Source: an uncultured Methanosarcinaceae archaeon (GTDB lineage Archaea; Halobacteriota; Methanosarcinia; Methanosarcinales; Methanosarcinaceae). Taken from it: a stretch of DNA of 64,000 nt. Position numbers and translations under genes: made by a program. The notes beneath the pieces are model-generated. The model did no database searches and was not told where the DNA came from. It saw only the letters and a list, made by a program, of their open reading frames with translations. Every line of letters starts with the position of its first letter. Within the stretch, counting starts at the first letter, position 1. The stretch covers positions 1 through 64,000 of the forward strand of contig CAWJYV010000003.1 in NCBI GenBank assembly GCA_963847185.1, written 5' to 3'. This document shows positions 43,699 through 52,475 of this stretch, in pieces.

Positions 43699-44500
43699 AT
43701 GCATTCATCTTTAAAAATCGGAAGTATAATGGGTATACCTATAAAACTGGACACATCTTTCCTTCTGGCACTTCCAATATCTGCGTATTTTTCTGCGATC
43801 AATTCACAGCCATTTGGTTTTGCGGAAGTTGAGCCACCTATAATTAGATATTCTCTTTCTGCCCTTTCTGCCATCTTACTTTTTGCCTCAGTGCTTTTAC
43901 ATGAACTTGCTCACTCCTATTTTGCAAAGCGTTACGGGGCCAATATTGATAGCATCACCCTCTTTCTCTTTGGAGGTGTAGCTACTATGGAAATCCCAAA
44001 GAAACCTGGACAGGAAGCAATGGTGGCTTTTGCAGGGCCTTTAACGAGCCTCATTATAGGTTCTGTCTGCTTGTTCACATATAGTTACATAATCTCCTCT
44101 AGCCCTACGCTTTCTCAAAACTCTGTATCTCTTATTATCTGGATACTTGGATCGATGAACTTAGTGCTTGGAGTCTTTAATTTAGTGCCTGCTTTCCCTA
44201 TGGATGGGGGTAGGGTGCTCCGTTCTATTTTTGCCAGGAAAATGTCCTATGTAAAGGCTACTCATAGTGCAGCTTCTATTGGCAAGTTTATTGCTATTCT
44301 TATGGCAATTTTTGGAATTTATGGCGGTGATATCTGGCTTCTTCTTATTGCTCTTTATATTTATGGCGGAGCATCTAATGAGGATAGATCTATTCAAATT
44401 AGGGAGCTCTAAACAATATTTTAGGAATATTATGACAAAGAATGTAGCCTCTGTTAGTCCTTCCATAAGCTCAGAAGTTCAGATTCTATCAATCACTTAA
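43699..44500 (+). pseudogene. Site-2 protease (M50) truncated before its CBS domains
   Basis: LHELAH and FNLVPAFPMDGGR intact; out-of-frame IMTKNVASVSPS CBS start follows the stop at 44412. Confidence 0.7.
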
Positions 44501-44689
44501 TATCTATTTTCTAATATCCTAAGCTCAAAAGAGATCACATACAAATGTTTAGGAATGGGGTTATGATAAGCCTTTTAAGGTTATAGCAATTTATTTTAGG
44601 AGGCTCCTATTCCTATGGATTAAAATGAGTTGTCAATATATAAGCTAATTTAACAATGTGGAGCGACATGCCTGGTACCCTAAATACCT

Positions 44690-44830
44690 ACTTTATCGCA
44701 AACGATGCCCTTGAGCTTTTAGATTAGCAGGTATGTGCTTTCAGGATAAACGTACCGCTCCAGCCTTTCACATATCCTAGAAGCTTGCATAGCATTTTAT
44801 TGGCATTAAAAATCTACGTACATGGCTTCG
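44690..44830 (+). repeat. Dispersed modular repeat family, copy 6
   Basis: CTTTTAGATTAGC...CACATATCCTAGAAGCTTGCATAGCATTTTATTGGCATTAAAAATC matches 7055-7151. Confidence 0.75.
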
Positions 44831-45050
44831 AAAGCAAGGAGATAAATGCCTTGAAAAGGTCTATACGATGGCTACAGAAGCTCTTAGCGCCATACAAATA
44901 GTAAGCTATAAGATCATCGTAGTGTTTATTGCTATTGATTTATATTTGACATAAAAGCGGGTTTATATTAGCTAAAAAAACAATTCAACATCAGTAAGTA
45001 TTTCAATAAATTTATTAATTCAGCAGATCTAAAACTATTGAGGTGAACAA

Positions 45051-45188
45051 ATGCCAGCAAGAAAAGTAAAGAATGATAATAAGGAAAAAGAATTAATGGA
45101 AAAGCTAGAACCAATCGAAAAGGAAGAAGGTACAATAGAGCAAATAGATATGGAAGAGGAACCGACTGAAAGTAAAAAGCGCAGATAA
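45051..45188 (+). CDS. Putative 45-aa highly charged microprotein
   Basis: GAGGTGA RBS, ATG, MPARKVKNDNKEKELMEKLEPIEKEEGTIEQIDMEEEPTESKKRR. Confidence 0.6.
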   Translation: MPARKVKNDNKEKELMEKLEPIEKEEGTIEQIDMEEEPTESKKRR

Positions 45189-45227
45189 ACGGCACGTTCC
45201 TGGATCAAGCTCTGTATATAGACAGCT

Positions 45228-45376
45228 TGCTTATGCATATTCTCATTTAGCTTTTCTATCTATTCATCCTTTTTGTGCAACTGATCCTTCGACAAGAAAG
45301 GCTCTTTTGTTTTGTCATGACTTGCCTAGAGCCTCTACACTTCATTAAAAACAGCTTCCACCTCTTTATCCTAAAA
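45228..45376 (+). repeat. Dispersed modular repeat family, copy 7
   Basis: GCTTATGCATATTCTCATTTAGCTTTTCT matches 33441; GAGCCTCTAC...ATTAAAAACAGCTTC matches 32461. Confidence 0.75.
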
Positions 45377-45791
45377 ATAGCGAAGACTTAAGACTCGATT
45401 ACCCCAGTGTCAGCCTTGGCCCACGGTCACTTTCACACTCAACCCTCATGTCTAAAAGTCGTTTTTAAAGCCAATCGATAACTTTATCAATTACTTAAGT
45501 TAGTAGTTAATTTTAAGCCAAGTTTTTTTCTGTCAAATAATCAAATCAGGTTAGGGCGTAAGAGAGATATGGATTTACAGAACCTTTGGAGCATTAAAGG
45601 TTATTACATATAACATTCTATAGTGAATAACATTCTATAGTAAAGGCAGTAACCATTCCTGTCATGTGGAGAATAATACGTTTACGTCAAATAACTGTCC
45701 GGTTCTGAAATGACTGGACAGTATCTGAGATTAGAGTCGAGAATAAGAACAATCTCAGTGATGTTTCTGATATAAAATAAGAGGTAATTTT

Positions 45792-46190
45792 ATGGCTGAG
45801 GATGTTGAATCCAGGGAAAATGTAGAAAGCCCAGCTTCAAAAAAAAGTAAAAAAAGCATCACTATTGAATTCGTGAAACCAGAGAACTTCAGGCAGATAT
45901 ACGCTATAGGAGCCGCAGGCGGGCACAGCCCTTATGATTTCAGGATTGGTTTTTACAACGACACACCCAAGATGTTTGGGGATGCCTCCGAGGCGAGAGT
46001 TATAGAAAGAAGCGTTGAAACCGAAATCATACTCTCTCCTGTTGCCGCTCTTGAACTTAACCGCTGGCTTACCCAGCATATAAATGAATACGAATCAGTT
46101 TTCGGCCCCATTGCAAGAGCGATCCCGAGAGCGAAAAAAGAACCTGCAAAGCAGGTTGATGAAAGCACCAATATTCAGGGTTATATCTGA
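45792..46190 (+). CDS. Conserved hypothetical protein (DUF3467-like)
   Basis: FRQIYAIGAAGGHSPYDFRIGFY...IILSP.AA..L..WL...YE..FGPI pattern; GAGGT RBS. Confidence 0.75.
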   Translation: MAEDVESRENVESPASKKSKKSITIEFVKPENFRQIYAIGAAGGHSPYDFRIGFYNDTPKMFGDASEARVIERSVETEIILSPVAALELNRWLTQHINEYESVFGPIARAIPRAKKEPAKQVDESTNIQGYI

Positions 46191-46534
46191 ATCGCCAAGA
46201 CATACAATAAATACTTATAAGGTTCCGGCTGTCTAAAATGCAGCTTCTAGGCGGAATAATTTAGACTGAAAGAGATTCGGAGAACTCTGGAGATCGATGG
46301 TTATATATCTCTGTAAAGGGTATGTAATCTTCAGTTTTCTTAAAAGCCGGTGGAGTGAAGATCAAAAGTAATTTTTCAGTTGCAGGCAGGGAGTTGCATA
46401 TAAAGGCAACATGCTGACCGCAGGTATGGATAGAGACCTTATGAAATTTGCTCGCCAGCGGCTTTGGGATGAGGAATAGGAGCCCTAGAGTACAGGGAAC
46501 CGCGAATTAGGAATAAATAAGCGAGGGTTTAATT

Positions 46535-46759
46535 TTGTTCCCAAATAAAAAAGTTCAGAAAATTGTTGGATCAAGGATCCAGGTAGAAATGAAAGGCGAT
46601 CTTAATCTGCTTGAAGGCACTCTTAAGAGTGTAGATGACTACATGAACCTACATCTTGTGGACACAATGGAAATTGTAAACGGAGAAAAAGTTCGTTCTC
46701 TTGGTTCTGTAGTGCTTCGAGGAAATAATATCATACTGATCACTCCTGTAGAAGATTGA
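46535..46759 (+). CDS. Sm-like (Lsm) RNA-binding protein
   Basis: GTLKSVDDYMNLHL (Sm1) and LGSVVLRGNNI (Sm2). Confidence 0.95.
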   Translation: MFPNKKVQKIVGSRIQVEMKGDLNLLEGTLKSVDDYMNLHLVDTMEIVNGEKVRSLGSVVLRGNNIILITPVED

Positions 46760-46791
46760 ACTTCACAAGGAAATTTTATTAGTGTGGAAGC

Positions 46792-47193
46792 ATGGATCTG
46801 GAAGAAGAAGCATATAATATTATAAGAAGACATAAAGACGGCGTTTTCCAGAACGTTATCTGGAAAGAGCTGGACATAGACAGCAGGAAATGTTCCAGAA
46901 TCATAAAAAAGCTTCTGGATAAAGATCTTATTATCCGTGAGATTGCTGTTTCAAACGGGGCAAGAACATATCTCCTGAAAGCAAAAGAAGATGTCAAGGA
47001 GAAATATGACTTACTGCTCGCAGGAGAGATGTTTTCTTCGTGTACAGGATGTACCGGTGAGTGTGCACCTGAATATTGCGGAAGACTCAGCGAGTGGATA
47101 GGGAGCCTCATGGAAGAAGCCAGAAAATCGGAAGAAGCTTACGAAGCTGATGAAAATCTTGACTATGAGGAAGATGCTGAAGAAGAGATCTGA
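46792..47193 (+). CDS. RPC34/TFE-beta-like protein (wHTH + Cys cluster)
   Basis: GVFQNVIWKELDIDSRKCSRII wHTH; CTGCTGECAPEYC..L.EW Fe-S-type motif; downstream of the Sm gene. Confidence 0.75.
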   Translation: MDLEEEAYNIIRRHKDGVFQNVIWKELDIDSRKCSRIIKKLLDKDLIIREIAVSNGARTYLLKAKEDVKEKYDLLLAGEMFSSCTGCTGECAPEYCGRLSEWIGSLMEEARKSEEAYEADENLDYEEDAEEEI

Positions 47194-47334
47194 AAAGTCT
47201 CTAATTAGAAGGAATCTTTAACAGAATATAAAGTATATATGCTTGGAAAGGCAGGTCATCGATAACTATATATAGAAGGAGCCCTTATTGAAGATCCCCT
47301 TCAATAAGGGAAAACGCCTAATAATACCCAAAAA

Positions 47335-47409
47335 GCTCCGGTGGTGTAGCTCGGCCAATCATTCCGGCCTTTCGAGCCGAAGACTCGGGTTCGAATCCCG
47401 ACCGGAGCA
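47335..47409 (+). tRNA. tRNA-Glu(TTC), CCA not encoded
   Basis: GCTCCGG/CCGGAGC acceptor stem, anticodon loop CTTTCGA, GGTTCGAATCC T-arm. Confidence 0.96.
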
Positions 47410-47789
47410 CTACACTCATTTTTCTCGACTAATGGGCTGAATTAATTTCTTTAATTTTCTTTTAAAGCATTTTCTACAGAGAAATGTGCTGCAAAATACT
47501 TTATTAGAGTTGAATTTTCAAGATTTTATTGTTTTCAGGATCTGGCTCAGGGCGCATTTTCTTGGTTTCCTTATTTTGACCCCTATTTTTGTAATATATT
47601 TTTCAATCTCCTGAAAAGGAACTTTTACTGCAGGTTGCGTCATAAGCTTATAAAGACAGAAAGGGAAGAAACTTTTAAATCATATATATAAAGTTTTATC
47701 TGCTTAACACAATCCCTAAAAAGAACTCTCCAGGGGACAGATTTATATATAACTGAGTCTATTGAAGGTTTCGCTGTGAGGTGCAAAGT

Positions 47790-47867
47790 GCTCCGGTGGT
47801 GTAGCTCGGCCAATCATTCCGGCCTTTCGAGCCGAAGACTCGGGTTCGAATCCCGACCGGAGCACCA
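47790..47867 (+). tRNA. tRNA-Glu(TTC), identical copy with encoded CCA
   Basis: Identical to 47335-47409 plus CCA; own TATA (TTTATATA at about 47742). Confidence 0.96.
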
Positions 47868-48022
47868 TAACAATTTATTTATGATAATTATCTATCAACT
47901 TCTTCCATATTTTATTTTAACTAGTTTTTTGTAACATTTTTTTTGAGAAGTGAAAACACATTACTGAATATTTTCTTTCTTGATTTCTGAATTTTTGATA
48001 TTTTGCTGGTTTCCTTAAGGTT

Positions 48023-48931
48023 TCAGTTTTTTTTCAGGATACGATGGTGAAATGCCTTAATCTCCTCAATTTTTTCCAGATTCTGTTCTTCATCAAACAC
48101 GTGTGCAGTGCTTAGAGGCTCAAGCTCTGCCTCTGCTGCCTGGCATACAGCTTTCAGCCCCTGCTCCCTGGCAAGAACCCTTAAAGTTTCCAGAGACCAT
48201 ACAGTCTGAACGAGTGAGATTTTCATACCGTACTGAGAAACTGCTTTGCCCAGATTTCCAAGTACCTGAATTATAACCTTAGCGTGAAGCTCATCTTTTT
48301 TCCTTAGAGCAGTATTTCCCAGATCTTCAAGGAGGAGTGCAGCCTCAGTTGTGCTCTTCTCAATTTTCTGCTCGGCTGAAGAAATTCCTATCTCCCCAAG
48401 CAGACCTATAGCATCAGATCCCGTTCCAGAGAGGTTTTTGTCCAGAGCTTTTACGGCAAGCTGCATAAGGTAGACTTCGGCAAGGCTTACCATAGTTTCC
48501 ATTTTCCTTCTCGATGAAACCTTCCCGCAGTTTCCGAGCGATTCGGCTGCACCTTTTGATGCCGAACCGAGACCTTTTGTTGCAAAGTCAAGAGCAAGGC
48601 TGCCAAGTACGGATAAAGCCTTTACGGCAAGGGACTCCCTTTCGTTATCTGCAGCTTCAATCGTCACAAGTTCAAGAGCACGACTTGAAGCCAGACATGC
48701 AGGTTCCATTCCTTTTTCAGCAGCTATCCTGCCTATGTCCCCTGTGGCTATCAACAGGGCTTTCGCATCAAGCTCATTTTCAGCAGTAACTTCCTTGTTG
48801 ATTCGCCTGATTGTAAAATCCTTTAGTTTGTCAATAGCTTCCGAGGTTCCTTTTGAATCCTCGTCATATGCTTTTTTAAACCCCTCTTCAATTGCCCTTA
48901 CCTCAGCAAGATCACTTTCATCCGAAAACAT
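48023..48931 (-). CDS. All-alpha repeat hypothetical protein
   Basis: Ala/Leu-rich repeated LG..G..A helices; GGAG RBS before ATG 48931. Confidence 0.8.
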   Translation of the reverse strand: MFSDESDLAEVRAIEEGFKKAYDEDSKGTSEAIDKLKDFTIRRINKEVTAENELDAKALLIATGDIGRIAAEKGMEPACLASSRALELVTIEAADNERESLAVKALSVLGSLALDFATKGLGSASKGAAESLGNCGKVSSRRKMETMVSLAEVYLMQLAVKALDKNLSGTGSDAIGLLGEIGISSAEQKIEKSTTEAALLLEDLGNTALRKKDELHAKVIIQVLGNLGKAVSQYGMKISLVQTVWSLETLRVLAREQGLKAVCQAAEAELEPLSTAHVFDEEQNLEKIEEIKAFHHRILKKN

Positions 48932-49135
48932 AGCATACTCCAAATAATTTCTTTTAATCCCGGATTAATCTGGGATAATCCTCATATATAATTCCCATTT
49001 AATCCTATGCTCTCTCCCCAGATCAGTTTTCCTATTGATCATGTCTGGAGCTGCTTTTTGATTCTGTATCCTCCAGGGTAAAACCTTCAAAAAATAGAAA
49101 ACATGAATTATGAAAAGGTAAAGTATATATATCAA

Positions 49136-49171
49136 TGTACATTATTATGCTCTATTGTACTATAGTGTAGA
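49136..49171 (+). promoter_or_regulatory. Phased TRP-box-like hexamers downstream of TATA
   Basis: TGTACA 49136, TATGCT 49146, TGTACT 49156, TGTAGA 49166 (10-bp period). Confidence 0.5.
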
Positions 49172-49238
49172 ATGAAAATATTATCATTATGATCAAAGGA
49201 AAATTTCCGAAAAAAATGAATACAGGAAACGGGTTTTA

Positions 49239-49763
49239 ATGAAATCTCAGGATATTGCTATCGTTGGAATTTTACTCGCTGTCGGCGCAATAGTGCGCTA
49301 CTTATCCCTGGTAATCCCGGGCCCGATCGTCTCTAATCTCGTAATAGCCTTTTATAGTCTTGCCATTATTCTTGTAATACCCACATTAACAGAAGTAATA
49401 GGAATCGGGATTGTAGCAGGCATAGTCTGTGCCCTGCTAAGTCATTCCATATTCCCGCCTGCAAACCTTATCAGTGAACCTGTAGGTGCGATTGCATGTC
49501 TCTTGACCTATAAAACCCTCAGGAGTAAACTTTCCCTTGCTCCTGCTCTTTCAACCCTCATAAGTACTCTGACAAGCGGCATAACTTTTGTAATTGTTGC
49601 AATGGCTCTGGTTGCTCCTGCAATCCTCTCCAAGTTCGCGACAATGGGCGCTTTCGTAGCTGCTATTATTCCCATTGTAGTACTAACCGCTGTCGCAAAC
49701 GCTGTTATTGTCCAGATACTATATATTCCTGCCTCAAAAGTGCTTGCCCGAGGAAAAGCATGA
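49239..49763 (+). CDS. ECF transporter S component (TrpP-like)
   Basis: About 6 TM; GILLAVGA...PPANLISEPVGA; coupled to ECF ATPase and EcfT genes. Confidence 0.75.
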   Translation: MKSQDIAIVGILLAVGAIVRYLSLVIPGPIVSNLVIAFYSLAIILVIPTLTEVIGIGIVAGIVCALLSHSIFPPANLISEPVGAIACLLTYKTLRSKLSLAPALSTLISTLTSGITFVIVAMALVAPAILSKFATMGAFVAAIIPIVVLTAVANAVIVQILYIPASKVLARGKA

Positions 49764-51277
49764 TTGAACTCAGAGATTTCTCTTACACTTACGGCGTAGT
49801 CGAAAACCCTGCTCTGGAAAATATCAATTTAGATGTTCGGAAAGGAGAATTGCTTCTGGTAACAGGGCACAGTGCAGCTGGAAAAACTACGCTTGCCCTT
49901 GCACTGGCAGGAATCCTGCACCATGAGATAGGGGGCAAAGTCGAAGGAGAAATTCTCTTTAAAAATAGAAATATCAGAGATTTTGACGGCATGAGGGAGT
50001 TGAGCAGGCATATAGGGATGGTTTTTGACGATGCCGAATCCCAGCTGATCTTTACAAGTGTTGAAGAAGAAATCCGTTCAGGCTTAGAGAACCGAGGTCA
50101 TCCCGAAAAAGAAATTGTGCGCAGACTGGAAGAAGTAATGGAATTCTGTGAAATCAGGCACCTGAAGAAAAGGGCTCCTCATACCCTTTCCGGAGGGCAG
50201 AAACAAAAAGTAGCCCTTGCAGCTACCCTTGCCCTTGACACTGAAGTCCTGATCCTTGATGAAGCTACGGCCGAGCTGGACTCAAAAGCCGTAAAGAGAG
50301 TCTTTTCCGTTCTGAAGCGGTTAAAAGAGGCTGGAAAGACCATAATAATTGTAGACCACAATATAGAGGATTTTCTGGGAATAGGAGACAGAGTCATACT
50401 ACTTGAAAAGGGCAAAGTAAAAGCCATAAAAAGCCCGGCTGATTTTACAGACTTTTCTCCTGCCTCAGATATTTCAGGGCCTGAGCCTCCCAGACAATTC
50501 CCAACCACAGCTCAAGATAACGATAACAATAATGGTAAACTTAAGTTATTACAGCAGAAAAGCCAGCCTGTCATTTCCGTAAAGAAACTCACACAGCGTT
50601 ACGGAGAAGTCATCGCACTTGACGGTATAGACCTTGAGATATATCCTGGGGAGCTTGTTGCCATTCTGGGAGAAAATGGTTCAGGCAAGACAACCCTTGT
50701 TAAGCATTTCAATGGCCTTCTGCGCCCTTACTCCGGAAACGTAACTTTAAAAGGGCTGGAGACGTCAAAAACTCCTATAAATGAACTTGTAAAACACACA
50801 GGATTGGTTTTCCAGAACCCGGACAACATGCTCTTTGAAGATACGGTCGAGGCTGAAATTACATTCGGACTGAACAATATTGGCATAAATGGTTCTGAAG
50901 CATCGGAGGCAATCATTCGTTCCCTTGAGCTTGTAAACCTGAGTAAACAGCAGAAAGTTTTTCCCCGCCATCTGAGTCGGGGAGAAAGACAGAGGCTGGC
51001 TGTCGCCTGTGTGATTGCTATGAGGCCTGAATTGATTATACTCGATGAGCCTACAACAGGCCTTGACGCAGAAGAATCGGACAGAATGATGCTCCTTATG
51101 CGAAAACTCCAGCAGGAAGGGCATACGATAGTCATGGTGACTCACAACCTGCAGCTCGTAAAAGACCATGCAGAGAGGGTTATTCGCATGGAGGCAGGAA
51201 AAATTGTGGAAGATAAGGCAAACATAGGATGTGCGGGTAAAGAATTTAGTAAATGTATCGGAGGTGCTTGTGCATGA
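49760..51277 (+). CDS. ECF transporter fused double ATPase
   Basis: Two ABC cassettes (GHSAAGKT, LSGGQ; GENGSGKT, FQNPD, LSRGE, LDEPT). Confidence 0.93.
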   Translation: MIELRDFSYTYGVVENPALENINLDVRKGELLLVTGHSAAGKTTLALALAGILHHEIGGKVEGEILFKNRNIRDFDGMRELSRHIGMVFDDAESQLIFTSVEEEIRSGLENRGHPEKEIVRRLEEVMEFCEIRHLKKRAPHTLSGGQKQKVALAATLALDTEVLILDEATAELDSKAVKRVFSVLKRLKEAGKTIIIVDHNIEDFLGIGDRVILLEKGKVKAIKSPADFTDFSPASDISGPEPPRQFPTTAQDNDNNNGKLKLLQQKSQPVISVKKLTQRYGEVIALDGIDLEIYPGELVAILGENGSGKTTLVKHFNGLLRPYSGNVTLKGLETSKTPINELVKHTGLVFQNPDNMLFEDTVEAEITFGLNNIGINGSEASEAIIRSLELVNLSKQQKVFPRHLSRGERQRLAVACVIAMRPELIILDEPTTGLDAEESDRMMLLMRKLQQEGHTIVMVTHNLQLVKDHAERVIRMEAGKIVEDKANIGCAGKEFSKCIGGACA

Positions 51278-52059
51278 AAGAAATTATGCAATACACTAAT
51301 ATAGACAGCTTTTTACACAGGATGAATCCGCTTTCCAAAATTGCGGCTGTTGCAGGAATTATATTTCTGAGCGTCTTTACAACAAACTCTGCAGTCCTTA
51401 CCTTGATGGTGCTTGCAATTTTCCTTGCAGCCCTTAAAGCCGGACTCCAGCAAGAACTGATCAAACAGCTCAAGCTTCTGGTATTTCTGAGTCTGAGCCT
51501 GATTTTGCTTACTATATTTACGCTGAAAAGCGGAGAAACTATTGCATACCTCATTCCGCCCGGAATTTTTACAGCCAGCGGAATCATCCCTGTTACAACA
51601 GGAGCACTGGATTTTGGAGTTGTGCTTTCCCTGCGTTTTTTTGCAATGCTTTTTGCCTTCCAGCTCCTTGTGATTACTACGAAGCCCAGCGACCTTATGA
51701 AAGCCCTCCTGGCAATCCATATCCCTGTGGACTATGTACTCATGTTCGTAATCGCTCTTCGCTTTATCCCAAGCTTGCAAATTGAAGGTCAGCGCATCCA
51801 TGAAGCTCAGCTTGCAAGAGGTTACAACCCCGGAAAAGGCCTCCGTGGGAAAATCAGGAGTGTAAAACCTCTCCTTGTCCCTCTGGTAGCAAACTCCCTT
51901 GGAAGAACTCAGGTGCTGGGTCTTACAATGGACATGAGAGGGTACAGGAGCAGGCACAGTGTAGAAAGCAGCCGACTTGTCTGGAGCAGGATGGATATTG
52001 CTGCTGTGGGCTGTGTAGCTCTTATGGGGGCAGGAATCATTATGGGCAGTTTTATGTAA
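51274..52059 (+). CDS. ecfT: ECF transporter transmembrane component T
   Basis: SFLHRMNP, IALRFIP, AQLARG and MDMRGY motifs; ATGA overlap with the ATPase gene. Confidence 0.92.
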   Translation: MKEIMQYTNIDSFLHRMNPLSKIAAVAGIIFLSVFTTNSAVLTLMVLAIFLAALKAGLQQELIKQLKLLVFLSLSLILLTIFTLKSGETIAYLIPPGIFTASGIIPVTTGALDFGVVLSLRFFAMLFAFQLLVITTKPSDLMKALLAIHIPVDYVLMFVIALRFIPSLQIEGQRIHEAQLARGYNPGKGLRGKIRSVKPLLVPLVANSLGRTQVLGLTMDMRGYRSRHSVESSRLVWSRMDIAAVGCVALMGAGIIMGSFM

Positions 52060-52179
52060 TGCTGCTACAGTGATTTATCCTTTTATATCTCATCTTTAAA
52101 TCCCCTCTCCTCTCTCAAAATCCTTCTATCATAAACACAGATTATTCCCTACTGCTTTTTTAGATAATACTCTTTCTGC

Positions 52180-52238
52180 TTTATCGTTTATTCCTTTGTT
52201 TTATCGTTTATTTCTTTGTTTTATCGTTTACTCCTTTT
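52180..52238. repeat. 20-bp tandem repeat x3
   Basis: TTTATCGTTTA(T/C)T(C/T)CTTT unit. Confidence 0.7.
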
Positions 52239-52475
52239 ACTTTATGTTTTTCTTATCGTGAATAGTAGAATTATTTCTGCAAGTTACCCCCTCAAAAGAA
52301 TAAATATTTTTAGCATCTATATTCTCATAAATATATCTAAAGACAGACTAATTAGCTTAATATACTTCAAAATTAAATATTACTTATACAATAAATTAAT
52401 TTTTAACATTATCAATTTAATTGTTGATTAAAACCAGCTTGATTTTGAAAATTGTTTTTAAAAATGGGGAATTAT

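Noticed and set aside
47335-47867. attL/attR of an element integrated at tRNA-Glu
   Set aside because: Both copies are full length with their own promoters, only about 380 bp apart, and there is no integrase
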